63,901 nucleotides of DNA, filler included, from Collodictyon triciliatum (GCA_043381765.1; 4 parts of 4 records of this genome joined end to end with filler, not necessarily neighbours in it); one strand, 5' to 3'. Shown: positions 36,256 to 54,400, numbered from the whole stretch's first letter. Numbers and translations: made by a program. The notes: generated by a model from the sequence alone, not told the origin.

Positions 36256-38917
36256 GTTGTCAAACCAACTTTCCAAGGCACAACTGAGCTCTTTTGATTA
36301 TATTGCAGAGTCCAGTAAGTTTTCAGCGATATCATAAAATTGGTTTAGTGTATTTTTTCTCTCTCTCTCTCGTTACTTTCCTTGTGGCATCCAACCCGCC
36401 CTTCATTTTCCGACTCCAGATTGCTTTTGCATATTTTGATTAAAACACATACTGTATATACTATTCTTTTCCTCGGACATAGCAGTTGAAGACGAGAAGA
36501 TTTTCAAATGCTTAAACAGCCCATATTTTTTCTTTATTGCTCTAAAATAAAGATATACTATTTTTTATTGGGTTCAATAAACCTTGATGTCTGCTACAAT
36601 CGTCTTCACAAGAAAAAATATCCGAGTTTATCAGCAGTTTTACTCATATCAACCCAGAGTCTGGAATCCGTGAAAAGAAATATATGCCCTTACTGGTTTG
36701 TCGCAAAACGATTCCTCTCAGCTTGCAATAATTTTAATTGATTGTTTTACCATATTATCATTCTACCTTACAAAGTCTAATGACACCATTCGCTTCAAAA
36801 TCAAGCAAAAAATATCAAATCGTGAGAGCAAGCTATTGGAAATATCATTGGATGACGTATCTGAGGTAATACTCTAAAATAGCTGAATGAGGACACTTCT
36901 AGCGCAAGGAACTATTTTAACACTATATACACGCCGGAAATATATTCACTTGGTGAATCCGATAGTTTAATGTACACTTTATTTTTTTATTTTTAACATA
37001 CCTGATTCAATTTTGTTAATAGTTTGACACAGATGGAAATCTCCTAAAGCACGTCTTGAACAACACGATGCGATATAGCCAACTATTTTCTGACGCTATT
37101 GACCTCGTTTTACCTCCATGTATTATTCTTTTGCACAATACATAGCAATCAATCATCACAAACTGCTGATTTTTTATTTTATTCTTATTGTTTATCTTCC
37201 CAATCCTACAACCATCAAATATACTAAGATTTATGCATCAACTGCTCATGTGTTATTTTTAATAGCTATGATGAGTCTTGAAACAGAGGATGTATTCGAT
37301 GTTTTGATGAGTCATCGCATGCGCCACTTGGCCGAGGATGCCTCGAACGGGATGTCCAATGAAAACCCCTTAAAGCAGTTCCCTCCGGCCCTAACTCGTC
37401 GATTGTAACAATTCCACTTATACTTTAAATATCAGAAGTATCGCAACCCCCTTAAAATAAATTTGTTGTGACTGATTTCAAAGGAACAATCAAAATTAAA
37501 GTGGCAAAATGCGATCATAAAATGTAGCCTAACTATACTGCTCATTTATATATATTTACAATAAATGTAACACTTCCCCGTAAAAATTGAACATGAATGT
37601 AGTAATTTCAATATATGTTCTGATCTTCCTAGTGAATTAGCCTTTGTTCCTTTGTCAAAAGACAAACCCCTCCCTGTCCGCGAGATTAAATCTGCTCATG
37701 TCGGAAAATTGGTAATTGAAACGACGCCTAAACAAGATAATCACACATTTTCTCATTTTTTGTTTTGATTTTTTTGTTTTGTTTAATACCTACTTTTCTC
37801 ACTTATTTTGCTTTTGCTTTGCAGAATTTTAAAGAATGCACTTTATCTTGCCTAGGTCTCGGTTAAAGGAATTGTGACGCGAGTCACCGATGTAAAGCCC
37901 ATGGTAAGTTAGGATTACTCAGGTAGATACGCCAGCCGAGTATTACTCTCTCTCTCCATCATCTATAACAACAAACTCAAAATAACACCCTCCTTGGTAG
38001 ATTACTGTCGCTACGTACACGTGTGACCAATGCGGCTTTGAGATTTACCAAGAGGTATATATTTGAACACTTTACAATATTTCTGTAAGTTGATTGGTGG
38101 ATTTTGCAACCGTAATAGTAGTACATATTATATCCCAACGATTCAACTTAGGTTAATGGAAAAACCTTTCTGCCTATATTCGACTGTACGAGTCAAAAAT
38201 GTGCGACCAACCAAGTCAAGGGAAAGGTTGGGTGGTTTTTTCTTTTTCTTTTTCTTTTTCTAAATAAAATGCATATACAAATATATAAGCATGCCATAAA
38301 AAAAAATCAATATGTTTTTAACAGTATTGTTAATTTTCTCTGTATGTCTAAACCCAGTTATCTTTTGTATTGATTAGGTCTATATGCAAACAAGAGGGTC
38401 GAAGTTTGTAAAATACCAAGAAGTTAAAATCCAAGAGCTGGTTATTCTCATGACATCTTTTTGAAAAAAAATAGAACAAAAGATAAAAAAAACCCAGGAA
38501 AAAATAAATAAGCAAACACCTTTTCTCTCTTCTTACTTGTTTACCAATTAACACATGCAGGCTGAGCAGGTCCCAATTGGCCACATCCCGCGGTCGATGA
38601 ATGTCATATTGAAAGGGGAAATGACCAGAACCTGCTCGCCTGGTGATATAGTCACAATATCAGGAGTATACAAGAGAAAAATTTACAACAAAAATTGGTG
38701 TACATAGATTTGAAATGATATTCACATTGAAAATCATTCAAAGAGCAAAATCTCAAAGGCCAATCAAGCACTTTTCTGTTCCTTGAATGCTACCTTTCTC
38801 ATATAGCTAGATCGAAATAGTTTACACAATTCAATTCATATTTCTTGCAGATATTTTTGCCGACGCCTTTTACGGGAAAGAAAGCCATTCGCGCTGGGCT
38901 AATTGCTGATACATATT
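36256..38917 (+). CDS. MCM7: DNA replication licensing factor MCM7, N-terminal half (truncated by gaps)
   Basis: Spliced exons: [112 protein letters not shown]. Confidence 0.95.
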
Positions 38918-39084
38918 GTACGGAGACTTTGGCAATTATCAGACTTAATTCACGATATTTTGTACTAAAACAAATGTTCACAAAAAATAAAACAAAACAA
39001 AACAAAACAAAACAAAACAAAACAAAACAAAACAAAACAAAACAAAACAAAACAAAACAAAACAAAACAAAACAAAACAAAACA

Positions 39085-39184
39085 NNNNNNNNNNNNNNNN
39101 NNNNNNNNNNNNNNNNNNNNNNNNNNNNTTAATTAATTAANNNNNNNNNNNNNNNNNNNNNNNNNNNNNNNNNNNNNNNNNNNN
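39085..39184. other. Artificial scaffold linker N44-TTAATTAATTAA-N44
   Basis: 12-mer at 39129-39140 within N runs. Confidence 0.95.
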
Positions 39185-39475
39185 AAGAGCGATAAAAAAA
39201 AGAGTGATAAAAAAAGAGTGATAAAAAAAGAGCGATAAAAAAAAGAGTGATAAAGAAAAAAGTGATAAAAAAAGTGATAAAAAATAGTGATAAAAAAAAA
39301 GAGTGATAAAAAAAAGAGTGATAAAAAAAGAGTGATAAAAAAAGAGTGATAAAAAAAGAGTGATAAAAAAAAGAGTGATAAAAAAAAAGAGTGATAAAAA
39401 AAAGAGTGATAAAAAAAAAGAGTGATAAAAAAAAGAGTGATAAAAAAAAGAGTAATAAAAAAAAAGAGTGATAAA
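39185..39475. repeat. (GAGTGATAn) tandem repeat at scaffold start
   Basis: Directly visible. Confidence 0.9.
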
Positions 39476-39761
39476 GAGGAATATATACATGTTACGAAAT
39501 GATCAAAGTGATCGCCACGTAGACTGTGTTGCAAATCCAGTTAAATGCTGATTTGCGCAGTCTTCACCAAAAAGAAAAAGGGAATCAAAATAAATCACCA
39601 CAAGCGCGGAAATGAAGCAGGCAGATAAACCAAGACTTTCTGAGACATTCATCCCAACCCATTACACAAGCGTTCCTTTATCTGTTCACAGTGGGCTTCA
39701 AAGTGACGCCATCTGTCTTCTTATTTTAAAATAAAGAGAGGCGAAGAAAAAGCCGAGAGTC

Positions 39762-42013
<2,252 letters not shown>

Positions 42014-42490
42014 ATCCTGTGCGCGTCGTTCTTTGAGAATGGTTCACTTGTGCCGATGGTATTCTCTGCACTTGTCCTTGTTGGTTGTTCGCCTTGGTTG
42101 ACTGCTTGCTTTTGGCTGCGTGTTGGCCTTTGTGATGGATGAAAGCCGATTGATGATTTCTGATTTCTCTTTGCTTCGGATGCCCAACGGTACCTATATC
42201 TGGAAACTATATTCATATTTTTTTCATGTTTGGCCCTTCATTCGCTAGATTTATAACACCTTCGCTGATTTTTTTTTTCTTCAGTGCTGCAAAGCTTACT
42301 TTTTTGTTGAGAGGTTCTGGGAATAGTTAAGGCAAAACAGGTATAACTAGGCAAAATGGGCAATAAGAAAAAGAAAAGAGACGAAAGACAAACAATACAA
42401 CCCAAGTAATCTGTATCCAAATTTATTTATTTTTTTGTTCTTTGGTGGGCTTTTTTTTTTTTTTGAATAAAGAGTTCGAAAAAAAAAAAC

Positions 42491-45400
42491 TCATGCATCA
42501 CCAGCGTCGCCCTGGAATAGATTCTTTCTTCTTTCCAAGTCACCGAAATTAGGACGCGACTCTGGATTCGCGTGCCAGCATCTTTGGATTAAATCAACTT
42601 TGCTTCGGTCCATATCATGATTGATGAGCGGCCTCAATCCTTTTACGACATCGAATTGCAAGGTCAATGGGTCTCTTCCTTGATAAGGTATTTGCCTCAT
42701 CTCAATTTCCCATAGCACAACTCCAAAGCTATAAATGTCAGCCTTCTCATTGTACCGTTCTCCCTTCATCACCTACATGTTTTATTTATTAAATTGATAT
42801 TGACCAGCGATGTAATATCGAATCTTGCAAGTACCTCCGGGGCTTGGTAAGCCAATGTCCCACACTTTGTCATGGTTCGGTTATTTGCTTTAATTCTAGA
42901 GAATCCAAAGTCACATAACTTACTCTCGAACACCTCATTCACCTGGATAATTTTGAATCTATAATGAAAAATAGTGCACCCTTATGCAGCTATATTTTTG
43001 CGCATATTATCAAGTAATATGTAATACCAAGATATTGGATGTTTTCAGATCACGATGCAAGATGGCAGGCACAAATGAATGTAGATAAGCCATGCCTCGT
43101 ACAATTCCGCCAATAATATTCATCCTGTGAAGTGTTATGAACAATTATTTAATATATAAAAATGATAATCACATTCAATTCAAATACTTTGCTGATTCAT
43201 CAATGGGGATGGATTTGCTCGATAGTATTTGACGAAGATTTCCCGGCTCAATCAATTCCATGACTATAGCTAGCTCTGGCGGACTCATGCAAGCTCCAAT
43301 AAATTCAACAATATTTGGATGCTTCAATTTTCTAGCGAATTACAATTTAACGTCAGTTGGATTTAAACTACACAGTTGTAACCACTCTAATTTAATATGA
43401 ATAACATTCGATAAGGCAAGAAGTCAATTTTATATTATACAAAATCATCAAAATATTATGAAATACCTCAAGATACAGACTTCTGAGTAAAATAAGATGT
43501 AGTTGCTATCAAGATGGTTTCCTCCGCCGTTGATTTTCTTCAGTGCGACCTTCTTACCCTAATACGCCCCACAGAAAGATTAGATTAGATTAGTCAGATT
43601 AAGATAAAATATATAAAAAAAAATAGGGGAAATGCCAGTTAGACAGTTCTTGAAAACTTGTAAGAATGTATAGGATTAATTTTTCAAGCGGAACCTTATA
43701 TTCTCCAGGATACACACAGCCATATGAACCAGAGCCGATAGACTTTTGCATTACCAGTACCTCCTTGATTCCAATCTCCCAAACTTTGGGCTCAGTAACG
43801 TTTCTTTCCAAAGGGTTTAGTGGCGCTTTGTTTTGATAGCCCTTACCCCCTGTTCCCGCGAAGGCTTCGTTTTCGACCGTCTCTTGATTTCTGGTGCTTT
43901 TGTCATAAAGACTAGATTCGGTCGGAATGTTGGGAAGGTATTCAAAGTTTGAGTTCGAAGGCGGGTCCTGTGAGATAATACAGGTAAATTTCGGGCATTT
44001 CATTCTATTAATGACACCAGGCAATAATAATAACAACAATGATAATACATAATTTCCATTCATTCGATTCAAAAAATGGGACAATTAAATGATAAACAAA
44101 CGATAAGAATTACTTCTGCTGATTGGAGTAACTGTATTATCGGTGTCTCAAAAAACTCTGCTCTTTTTGACCATTGCTTCGGATAAATCTGAGTATTATT
44201 TGAAACATGAGACTAATGAAAAAATCGCACACGGTAAGCGGAGCGTGCTACATTACCTCATATATCGGGGTATTTCTTGAAGTGCTGTCTTTTTGAATCT
44301 GGCGAATAACGTAATCTTTCTCAAACAATTTTTGCTTTTCATCTAATTCCTATAATAAATAGAATGCATTTGATTATTTTTTTTTATTTTAGATTGCCTT
44401 TATTACTGGCACCCGCGCTGACAATACATTTGATTTTCTTAATCATTCATTGAGTAACACAGTTATGATAAAAAAAATTATTTATAATTGCTTAGATTGG
44501 AAATTTTCTATAAAAAAAAATACACGCCTTGATCACCGCATCCGTAAGAACCACTTGACCCTCATGGCAATTATGGCTCATTTTTCTGGACGTAGTTATA
44601 CTCTATTAAATCCAAAGATAGTTAGGTATATTGTTTTCGTTTGAAATTAAATCTTGTTGAATATAATAAAGAAAATTTTTAACCAAAAACAAAAAATGAC
44701 GTTTACCTTCCCCACATATATTTGCTTCCTGCTTACATCGTCCAAACTGCTTGCACAAACTCCAAAGTCGAGACCCTGATAAATTCAAAGATTTGAATAG
44801 TCTATTTATTTAATTTCCGAATAGTTTTTTATATAAGACAACAACATTACTATTTGAACGCGAAGGCCTCTAAGCTGTCCGTCAGCAACAGGTTTGCATA
44901 GTTCATGAACTAAAAGCTCCACATTCCAATCAGCTTCGTTCAACTTGACTTGAATTTCGACAGAGAATCTGTTTTTTCCCACATAATGATTAAATCTATT
45001 GGATTTATTTTTGAAAATATCATATAATGCATACCTAATCGCGGCTAAAACATCTTGGAATACGACTAGTGTGCTTTCTCCGTCGTTCTGACTCACATAA
45101 CCACGATATTTTTTGCTAACCTTTATATTTATACAAAATAAATGAACTAAAGTTATTCTACGAGTGCTTGATTTAGCTCTTATTTTTTATTCTTCGAAAT
45201 AATTGGAAGGATTTATAAGATTGGAAGGAAGAAAGATTACTTCCTTAAGAATTTTCATTTGCAATAATACTGCATCTGCCATTTGGTCAGGAATCTCATC
45301 CCATAACCTTTCAGTGCCACTTAGATGACAACACACGGTACAAATGGTGCCTTTTGGAGGATTTTCTTCCTCATCCATAATATTCTTGTGATAAAGTAAA

Positions 45401-48400
45401 GTTATTTCAATATTTTTTTTTATTTTTTTTAATTCAAAGAGCGAGCAAACCATGAAAGAGGATGATGAAGATTGGCGAGAAGCTTCGACTAAGTCCTATT
45501 TCAGATAATGAAGTTTGAATAAATATATTTACTCTTTCACATAATTTCCATTATTTTTTTCCAAATCACATGTAAAACTATATAGTTAAATAGCTAATGT
45601 AATGGTGTATGAATAAATTACACTTATGCTTCTTGAAGCTTTTTGAAAATCCGGTCTCTCTGTTGGATTTTGTGCCCATAGTTTTTGCAAAATGTCTTGA
45701 ACTTCTGGAGGTATTTCCTCGGGTTTTATGATAGGCCGAATTCCATTCGCAGATACTTGAAAAGATACAGCAAAAACACTTTCAAGGTTATAGTACGGGT
45801 CTTTTCTTGACATAATTTCCCACGAAATTATTCCGAAGCTATAAACATCAGAACAGGTGGTATATTCTTCCCCCATGATAACCTCAGGAGCAAGCCACAA
45901 TAGACTCCCAATATTCTCACCGGTCACACTACCCCCTTGGATAGTAGTCAATCCAAAATCACTGCGTATTTATTTCTTTAGAATTCTGCAACTCAACTTA
46001 TTTAAAAAAAAACACTTAGAAGACAACTGCGTACCTGACTTTTAATCTGTCTCTATCATCAACCTTATTTATTTCAATTAGTTGTTTTGAAAAATTACAA
46101 AAGTGATTGAAGTAATTCTACAAATTTATTCATTTACCAAAATATTCGGGCTCTTCAGATCTCGGTGTAGAATAGGCGGATTTGACAAATGTAAATACTG
46201 CATGCCTGAAAAAAAATTATTTTTTTTAATGAAAATGAATGAATGAAACGAAATCAACCACAAATAAAATAATTTATCTTCTATATATGCATTGAAGAGA
46301 ACCCTTTGATATGTCGGACATGAATTGGAGTTTCTTGAGGTAAGTAATCTGCCTGTCAGAATGCAGAACTTCATATAAACTCCCCTGGTGCATAAATTCG
46401 CATACAAGACACATGTTTTGCCTGTCTAGACAAGCTCCCATATACAAGACAATATTCGGATGTCTTAGTTCCCTGGTATATACATATATGTTAATGAACT
46501 TAAATATGAGAAATATTTATAATATTTACTTACACCATAACAGATATCTCTCCTTTGAAGGAACTTATTTGATCGTCGCTCAATCGGGTATTGTTCAAAA
46601 CCTTGATGGCGACTTCAGTTCCTCTCCATTCTCCTTTATATACCTGATCAATTGTTGACACACAATAAATAATGTATCTAATTTTTTCAATATGCAAACA
46701 TAATTATAACAAAGCATGTATCAGTGATTACATCTCCAAAACTTCCACTTCCTAACAAATCACCACGAGCTAACTCCTGTGGATCAATATCTCCAAACAT
46801 TTTTTTTTCTGTTTCCTTCATTTTCCTTATGATTTTATTTCGATAAAGATAGAACATAGACACTAGAATCAAGACCATGACTCCAACAACTCCTCCGATG
46901 ATAGGAAAGTAAGGAAATTCTTTCGACTGGTTATCTTTTGATTGTTCAAAAATTTAGTACTATACATCAAAATTTCAGGTGTAGCGCCCTTAATGAGAAT
47001 CGACTAATATGTCACGAGCCCAAAACAATACGAGAAATTTCGTTACCTTTTTTACAGACATCCTGTATGGATTGTTTGATTTTTTGAAAGTTAATCATTG
47101 ATTATATTGACGCAACAATGATAGAAGAAAAATCATGTATTTCAGAATCATTTTGGGGTTTACCTCGTTTAACGTGAATCCTTTATCACAGATGCATTTG
47201 TTTTCTTTTGGTTCCAAGTATGCATGTTCAGAACACTCTATTGTTTTTTTATTTCATATTATACACGAATTTTCATAGTAATTTTTGTCAAAAGGTTCAA
47301 AATGTCAAAGAATTAGGATGAGTTTTTTTTTTGTACTCATGACTTACTTGCATGGTAAATTTCAAATCCTTCACAGTTTTCACACGGATTGTTTGAATTA
47401 TCTTGTTTCAAATCATTGGAGACAAATCTGATTTTGAACCCTTTGGGTGCATAAAATGTATTTTGCTTTGTTTTGTCTTTTTCTGAAAGGATATCTCCTG
47501 AAGACAAGGAAGAAATTTCCAATCTAATTTATACATAACAAGGGCATTAATATATACATATATGCTTGCGTATGTGTGTAAATTACTCATTGAATGAAAA
47601 AAATATGGGATAAGGAATCAAAATCAAAATATATTACAAATCACGCTGTCGAACTCGGTTGAAAACTTGAATATGGGTAGCGTTTCTTAGAACCCATGTG
47701 CAGTTTGTATTTGCTAGATACATGGCATTTCCGCTTCCATCTTCGAATTTTCCAACAGTAAAGCTACTATCAATCTCCTTTTCAATAGAAGGAGAGCAGA
47801 ACCCTTTTATATGATTGCGTAATGAATATGCTTGAATTTCATTTCATTATCAAATCCATGCATTTAGAATATGTCATGTGTAATATTGCAAACAAAGACT
47901 GTATATAAATATTACCTGGCCTGTAAAACATGACCTGGTTTGTCCTCGAAAAGTCATTCTTCCCTCCAAATAGCACCATATTATCACCAAATGTTCCTCC
48001 GTTGTTTTTTGAAATCGACTCGTATCCGGTAATCCGATTGGATTGAAGCAAAACCGATTCTACCTTGAACTCTGTGTTTCGTTATTTAAATTTAAATACA
48101 ATGGGGATGTTTTTAAAGATAATTCGTTCTTTATTTAAATTTGTGTACTTTTGTCCAAGTTGTTTGATGGTTTTTAATTTATAGAGAGATAATAAGTCTA
48201 TCAGTTACTGTTTTGAATCATCTTTGTTATCGACTTTCCCGTCACTGGATCTATTCCAATCAAAACATTGTACTCTCCAAAGTATGAACACAGCTGTTGA
48301 GATATTGGTATTGTTTGTATGGTGTTGTTGAAGGAGAGCTGTGTCCATTTTTGATCATCTACAGACAGAATTTGTTATATTTTGATATCTTGGTACTCGA

Positions 48401-51400
48401 AGTGTGGATAGGGTTTATATTTTTGTATCATCCTTGGGACACTTTGAGTCAAAGAGTACGAAATAAATATAATAGGTCAATATCATATTCGGAATCAAAC
48501 GACAAATTACTTTTATTGTATATCCAATTATCGTTTAAGAGGTTCCCTGAAAAGTCAAATCCGCCTGACATTATGATATTATCTCTATCCATTGCGCACA
48601 TGGAATGGAGCATCCTTTTTTTCTAACATATAGAATAGTTAAGACATGTCGATTTGTATGATTGCTTATATCTGGTATGAATATGTCATCTATACGGTAG
48701 AGTTTTGTAGTATAGAAAACTACTGGTATGATTCCTCCGATATTTGCGGATTTTAGCTCTTTGATGGAGTTGTCGAATATCATTACAGCTGAATAGAACT
48801 CTTTTTTATCAGTACCTGAAGTAATCTAGATAGCAGATGCGTGGATTTAATAAGAGCATAAAATGATGTGATCTATTGTCTTTTTGATGTAGGGAAGATA
48901 TTTAATCAAAAAATCGCTTACTCGCCCACCCCACATGTACAAATTGTCATCTACATAGACAAATCCCAACCCATCTCTATAAAATGGTCTTTGATATGTG
49001 GATAGCTTCATGTCATAAACATCTTGGTACCAAGTGTTTGTTTCTATTCAAAATGGGTCTATATCAGTATATATTGATACGAAATGATAATATTTTTTTT
49101 TGTGTGTCTGATAGATGTGGTAGAATTGAATATCAAGTATACAACCTAGGTCAAAAGTCCATAGAGACTCGGCTAAAAGTCGTATCTTTGTTTTTCCTCC
49201 TATCATGTAAAGCTTATTGGACAATACAGAAATCGATGCACCAGATCTCGGAGATGGGCCCACTTCAGACTCGATAAAGAGACATTGCCATTCTTGATTT
49301 ACTAATATATATTCAATATAATTCATCATGGTTCGCAAAGCAGACTAACACTGAATTTTTATTTCATATATCAAAAATATAGAATTACAAATGTCAAATT
49401 TCCAAAGGTCATTAAGTAACAGTTCTTCGAGGTATTCAGTGGCTCCTCCGAATATAATGAACGAAGAGTTGTTCAATTTGGTGAAGGATGGGTCTACTCT
49501 ATGGATCGGCGTCACTCGGATAGATGTATCAGACCATGTCTGAATACCTAAATTAATTGCAAATCAAAAGAAAACGCTTTTAATAACAAATGAATTATTG
49601 TTCCCTTTATTCGATTCAATGAATAACAAGCGAATGATATAAAGGTTTAATTTTTTTTTTAAAAAAAAGGATAGTATGAATTACTTGTATCCCATGTCCA
49701 AACATCGTTTCCTATAACGTTGCTTGAACCAGAACCTCCAACAATAATGATGGAGGATTCTTGAGTAAACTGAGCAGCTCCGTACTTTGGTGGAGGGAAT
49801 GAAATGGGATATTTGGGATTTTCTAGTCCGTAGTTGATTCTATACTCTACTTGGAAGTTTTCTATGTTTTGGATAATAAACATATTCATTTTCTATTCTT
49901 TTAATCAACATGAGGGTTTATCAACATAGATCTGATAGGTTGCAAGAAGAACATCAATACCCATATTAATGACTATTAGGTCCTGTAGCACTTCCCCTTC
50001 TCTTATTCCTCCAAAGACATGAAGTTCATTTTCGTATGTTCCGTATGAAAACAATTGTCTCGAAAAGTCGCATATTCCTCCTTCTTCATTGCAAAGCATA
50101 CATTCATTTAAAGTGACAAAAGATTTCTCTACCGTCCACTGAGTGTCTTCTTCTAAAAGAAAAATGGAATGGATTTGACTATGTAACAGGTATAATTCAA
50201 TATTAGGCCTTTCTTTTTTTTTTGGTTGTTCTTTATCTTTACCATATGAAAGATAGTAGATGTATCCATTTTCTTTTGCTCCATCGAATCCTCCGAATAT
50301 GTAGACTTTTTCATTATTGATGACCAATGAAGAAAATGCCAACTTTGGGAGTAGTCCTGTTGTTTTCAATATCCTCCAATTTTCTTTTTCTATTGATTAA
50401 AAACTATACAGTTTTCTAAAATTTTTTGGATAGATATAATTAAATATACACCAGAATCAAGACTATCTTTCTTTGGTTATGTTATACCTGGATTGTATAT
50501 AAATATCGAGTTTTGATAATCCTCCGTTTCCTATACAGAGAGATTGTTTGGATAAGTGATAATTCTGGTTCAGATATCATTATGAAGATCCATGAGGAAG
50601 TGTACTTTTGTTTTTTTCTTACAGATTTTCCTCCGTATATCATTATTTCTTGTTGATGCCTAGCACAAGATGACCCCGATCGATGATACGGGTTGTGGCT
50701 TTTTCTTTTCCATTCATTTGATTCTGGATAGAAGTTGTATATTTGATGGTCGTTTTCATTGGACTCTCCTCCGAGTAAGACAGCATAGTCTTCCATCCCA
50801 ATCATGCAGAAATGAACTCTTTTGGAAGGAATGTTTCCACTTATTGATCTCTTAACCCATTTCGATTTGACTATAGTTTTTTTTGTTTTTTTTATTAGTT
50901 TTTTTTGTTTTTGGAAATTTTGAAGTATTATCAAACTTAACTATTCATATTCTAGGGTATATGGTGTGTTTGTACTGAATGGGATAGAAAGATATTTATT
51001 CATATAATCGGATCAATCCTAACCTGGACTATTCGTTGAGTATATAACACTCATAGAGTGATAGTAATCCGTCAATTTATAATCTGATGAGATACTTCCA
51101 CCAACAAGATATAGGATGGACTGGACAGAGAATATCTGGCCAAATATAATCGGAGGAATCGAATCGCTTAGTTCCATCATTTCGGTCTGTCGAATCTTGC
51201 TGATATCTTTTTTTTTTTCATAAAATTTAAATGAATCACCCAAAAAGTCCATACCAATTCACCAAAAAGCACATTCAATACTTTTTTATGTAAGTTTTAA
51301 TATAGTGATATCATTTGAATATCTGGGTATTTGATGATATTATCAGAATATATACTTTACCTTGAATTTCTTTAGTCCATGGGTTTGTATCAATGCATGC

Positions 51401-54400
51401 CGTCTTTGTGTTCGTTTTTCAAACAATTTTTATTTAATAATATTTAGCATTTATAAAATTTCCACTTGCATTCAAAGCAGTTTTTTTTTGTGAAGAGTCT
51501 TGTAGAAATATTTTGTGAATAAAAGAGGTCAACAATCACTTGATTCATGTTTGGTTGATAGGTTCCAGACGGACATGGAATACAATCTCCTCGAAAATTA
51601 ATATAATTTTCTTTTCCACAATAACACCCATCGTCTTTAGCTGAAAATCCTTTATTACAATCTAATATGCGATTTTTTTTAAGTTTCGGTGCTTTTTTTG
51701 AAACAGTGGTTTATTTTATACTGATGTATGCGTTTCTATTTGAAAAATTACAAAACAATTGAAGATCAAATCCTTGGTCTACATCAATACCATACGGTAC
51801 AAAGAAGCTTAATTTCGAAATTGCGGACGGAACTTTGATCAAATCTCCAGTCATTAAGCCATTCAAAGACAACTATACATATTTATATATAAACATGATA
51901 TCATTCAGATTCAATTCAGATCCATTTCAGATTCAATTCAGATTCAATTCAGATTCAAAATACACAGCAATGCATGATATCTCATTAAATGAGGAACCAA
52001 ACCTTCCTTTCTTTGTTATCACCCAGTACTATATCTTTATCACAAACTGATAGGGTTTCTAGACTTAACGTAGCTCCTGTTGAGATCTTCATATTTTTCA
52101 CCTTTCGTGTTTATAATTCATACGATTTAGTTTTTTGTTTTTCCTTTCATTTTTTTTGGAAGATAATGGGAATATTGGCATACGATTTAGCTTGCATGGT
52201 ATTCTTATTTTCTGATAAAGAAAGTGATATCAAATTTTCATGAACCGGATTCATTTTTTTTCTCACCAATATGAAGTTGGTCTCTTGTATCTCCCATTTG
52301 CAATCAGTACCAGGGAAGTAAAGAAAATCTCTACTTCCATCTGATAGAATTCTGATAGAGTTATTCACTTTAACATATCCACGACACCAGAAGTCGTCTA
52401 GAAAGTACAAAAAAAAACTGACATCATATTTTTATACTATCATATTTTTTTACACCAAGGAACTTTAATTTTACCTTTTTTTAAAATATTTGCAAAATGA
52501 CACAGTATACGAAGGAACTTATTTTCATAAATATATATATTACAGAATATTTACATATCCATGTATTTGTATGAATATATCTACATACTCAATGATAGGG
52601 TGTAAACAGATGATGCTCTTTTGGATAAGCGTCGGATTCCTCCGGTAAGCATGTAAATGCTGCCCGTGTTTATTATTGAAGTAGGATATGCAATTAAGGG
52701 TGCCATTTGTTGTTGTCCAACAAGCTTCTCCCATTTTCTCGAATCAACTTTTTATTTAAAAAAATGGTTTGATTATCAATACCAATTTCATATTCAAAAG
52801 ACTATTCAAACAATCTTTCTTGATCAATCTATGTCTAATACTGATTATACCGTCATATATCCAGAAATCATTGTAAATGATTCCTTGCTTGTCGACTCCT
52901 CCAAAAGTCATCAAGCTGGTATAGAATCCTAGTAATGTCGTTTGATCCGGAATATCCTTATTTACTGAGCCTATGGTAGTCCAGTTCTTGGAGTCTAAAT
53001 AAAACAAAATGTTGCAATAAATCTATCTCAATAGTTCAATTCTTATTCCTTGTATGATAGCTGGGTACACACCTTTGAATAAAATGAAGGGGAAAAAAAA
53101 ACAGTCGTTCTAAATTAAAAATGTTTTGTTATGATTACCTCCTGTCAGACACATTATTTCTCTTCCTTTTGGGTTGTCAGCCAACCATGTATCGATAAAA
53201 CAGAAATTTTCTTTGATAGAAAATCCTTGAGGACGTTTTCTTATGTAAAGATCTTGCGTTTCAGATGACACGGAATATCCTTGGTTTTTTTCGAGATCAA
53301 ATATGTAGGTAGCATTGGAAGTCGATGCGCCACCTCCATTCAGACCTCCCCAGATGAACAGTTTGGATCCAATCACAGTCTTTGCAGCGTAGTATCGCTT
53401 TCCACACTCTACAACATTTGGTCCAAGGCCCTCCCATTTTCTCCATTGTAAGTTTTCTATATTTCAAGTGAAATTTATTTATTTTTTGAAACGATTTTAC
53501 TCCTCCATATAATAATAAGATATCCTGTTTCATTTGAATTATTTTTTTTGGAATTATCATATAAACTTCTCTTCAATGAAAACTCAAGAAATCCTGACCG
53601 ATTGAAAATATTCTAAAAACTGGCTCATATGGCAACACGTATAGGCCACCAATAAGATAGAGATTATTCTTGTATCCACCAAAAGCCTTTTTTATATAAA
53701 AATGATTACAAATGATTTTTTTTGTTGATATAAATCAAGTAGAATGCATTACATTTCACAATAGTAGAGATGGAAGCAATAATGATGTACAAAAGGTAGT
53801 TAAATTCTTGATTACAGCATTGAGAACTGCAGGTGCACAGTTTGGTTGAGATGTTGAGCACAAAGATTCTTGGACGATCCTTTTCCACTTCAAGTTTTCT
53901 ATTATATTTTTTCGGGAAAATCTTATGATTGTGTTGAAAATACATTCAATATTGAACATATCCAAAAAATTCTTTTATGGTTTGAAATAATATTTCAATT
54001 ACGAGTATCATATAGCCAAAGATCATTTATTGGCTGGGTAACATGTTGCCTTGTTTCACCACCAAACATGTATATTTCACTCCCGCCCATGGATGTTACA
54101 TGTGGATTCAATCTGGATATCGGATATCGCGACAGACTACTATCAATCCACTGCAAAGATTCTAAATGTTCAATTGTATTATAAAATATACAAAGATAGA
54201 GGCAAAGGCGGATTCCTCGGCTTTGCTTTCTCTCAATCAACTGTTTAAAAGAAACCAAAAAAAAATAAAATATACAAAGATTTGGTATCAGTGACATTTT
54301 GATGGCAGATAACAATATAAAAAAATACCTGCATCAAAAACCCAAAAGTCATTTAGCCTTGCTGCAGGAAAAGCTCCTCCGAGGTAAAATAGCTTGTTTG

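Noticed and set aside
4618-38917. Apparent cell-cycle cluster (Net1-like, cyclin, MCM7)
   Set aside because: MCM7 is on a different linker-separated piece, and nothing in the sequence supports co-regulation.
42491-46800. Endogenous giant-virus kinase insertion
   Set aside because: The gene is densely interrupted by spliceosomal introns and no viral hallmark genes are nearby.
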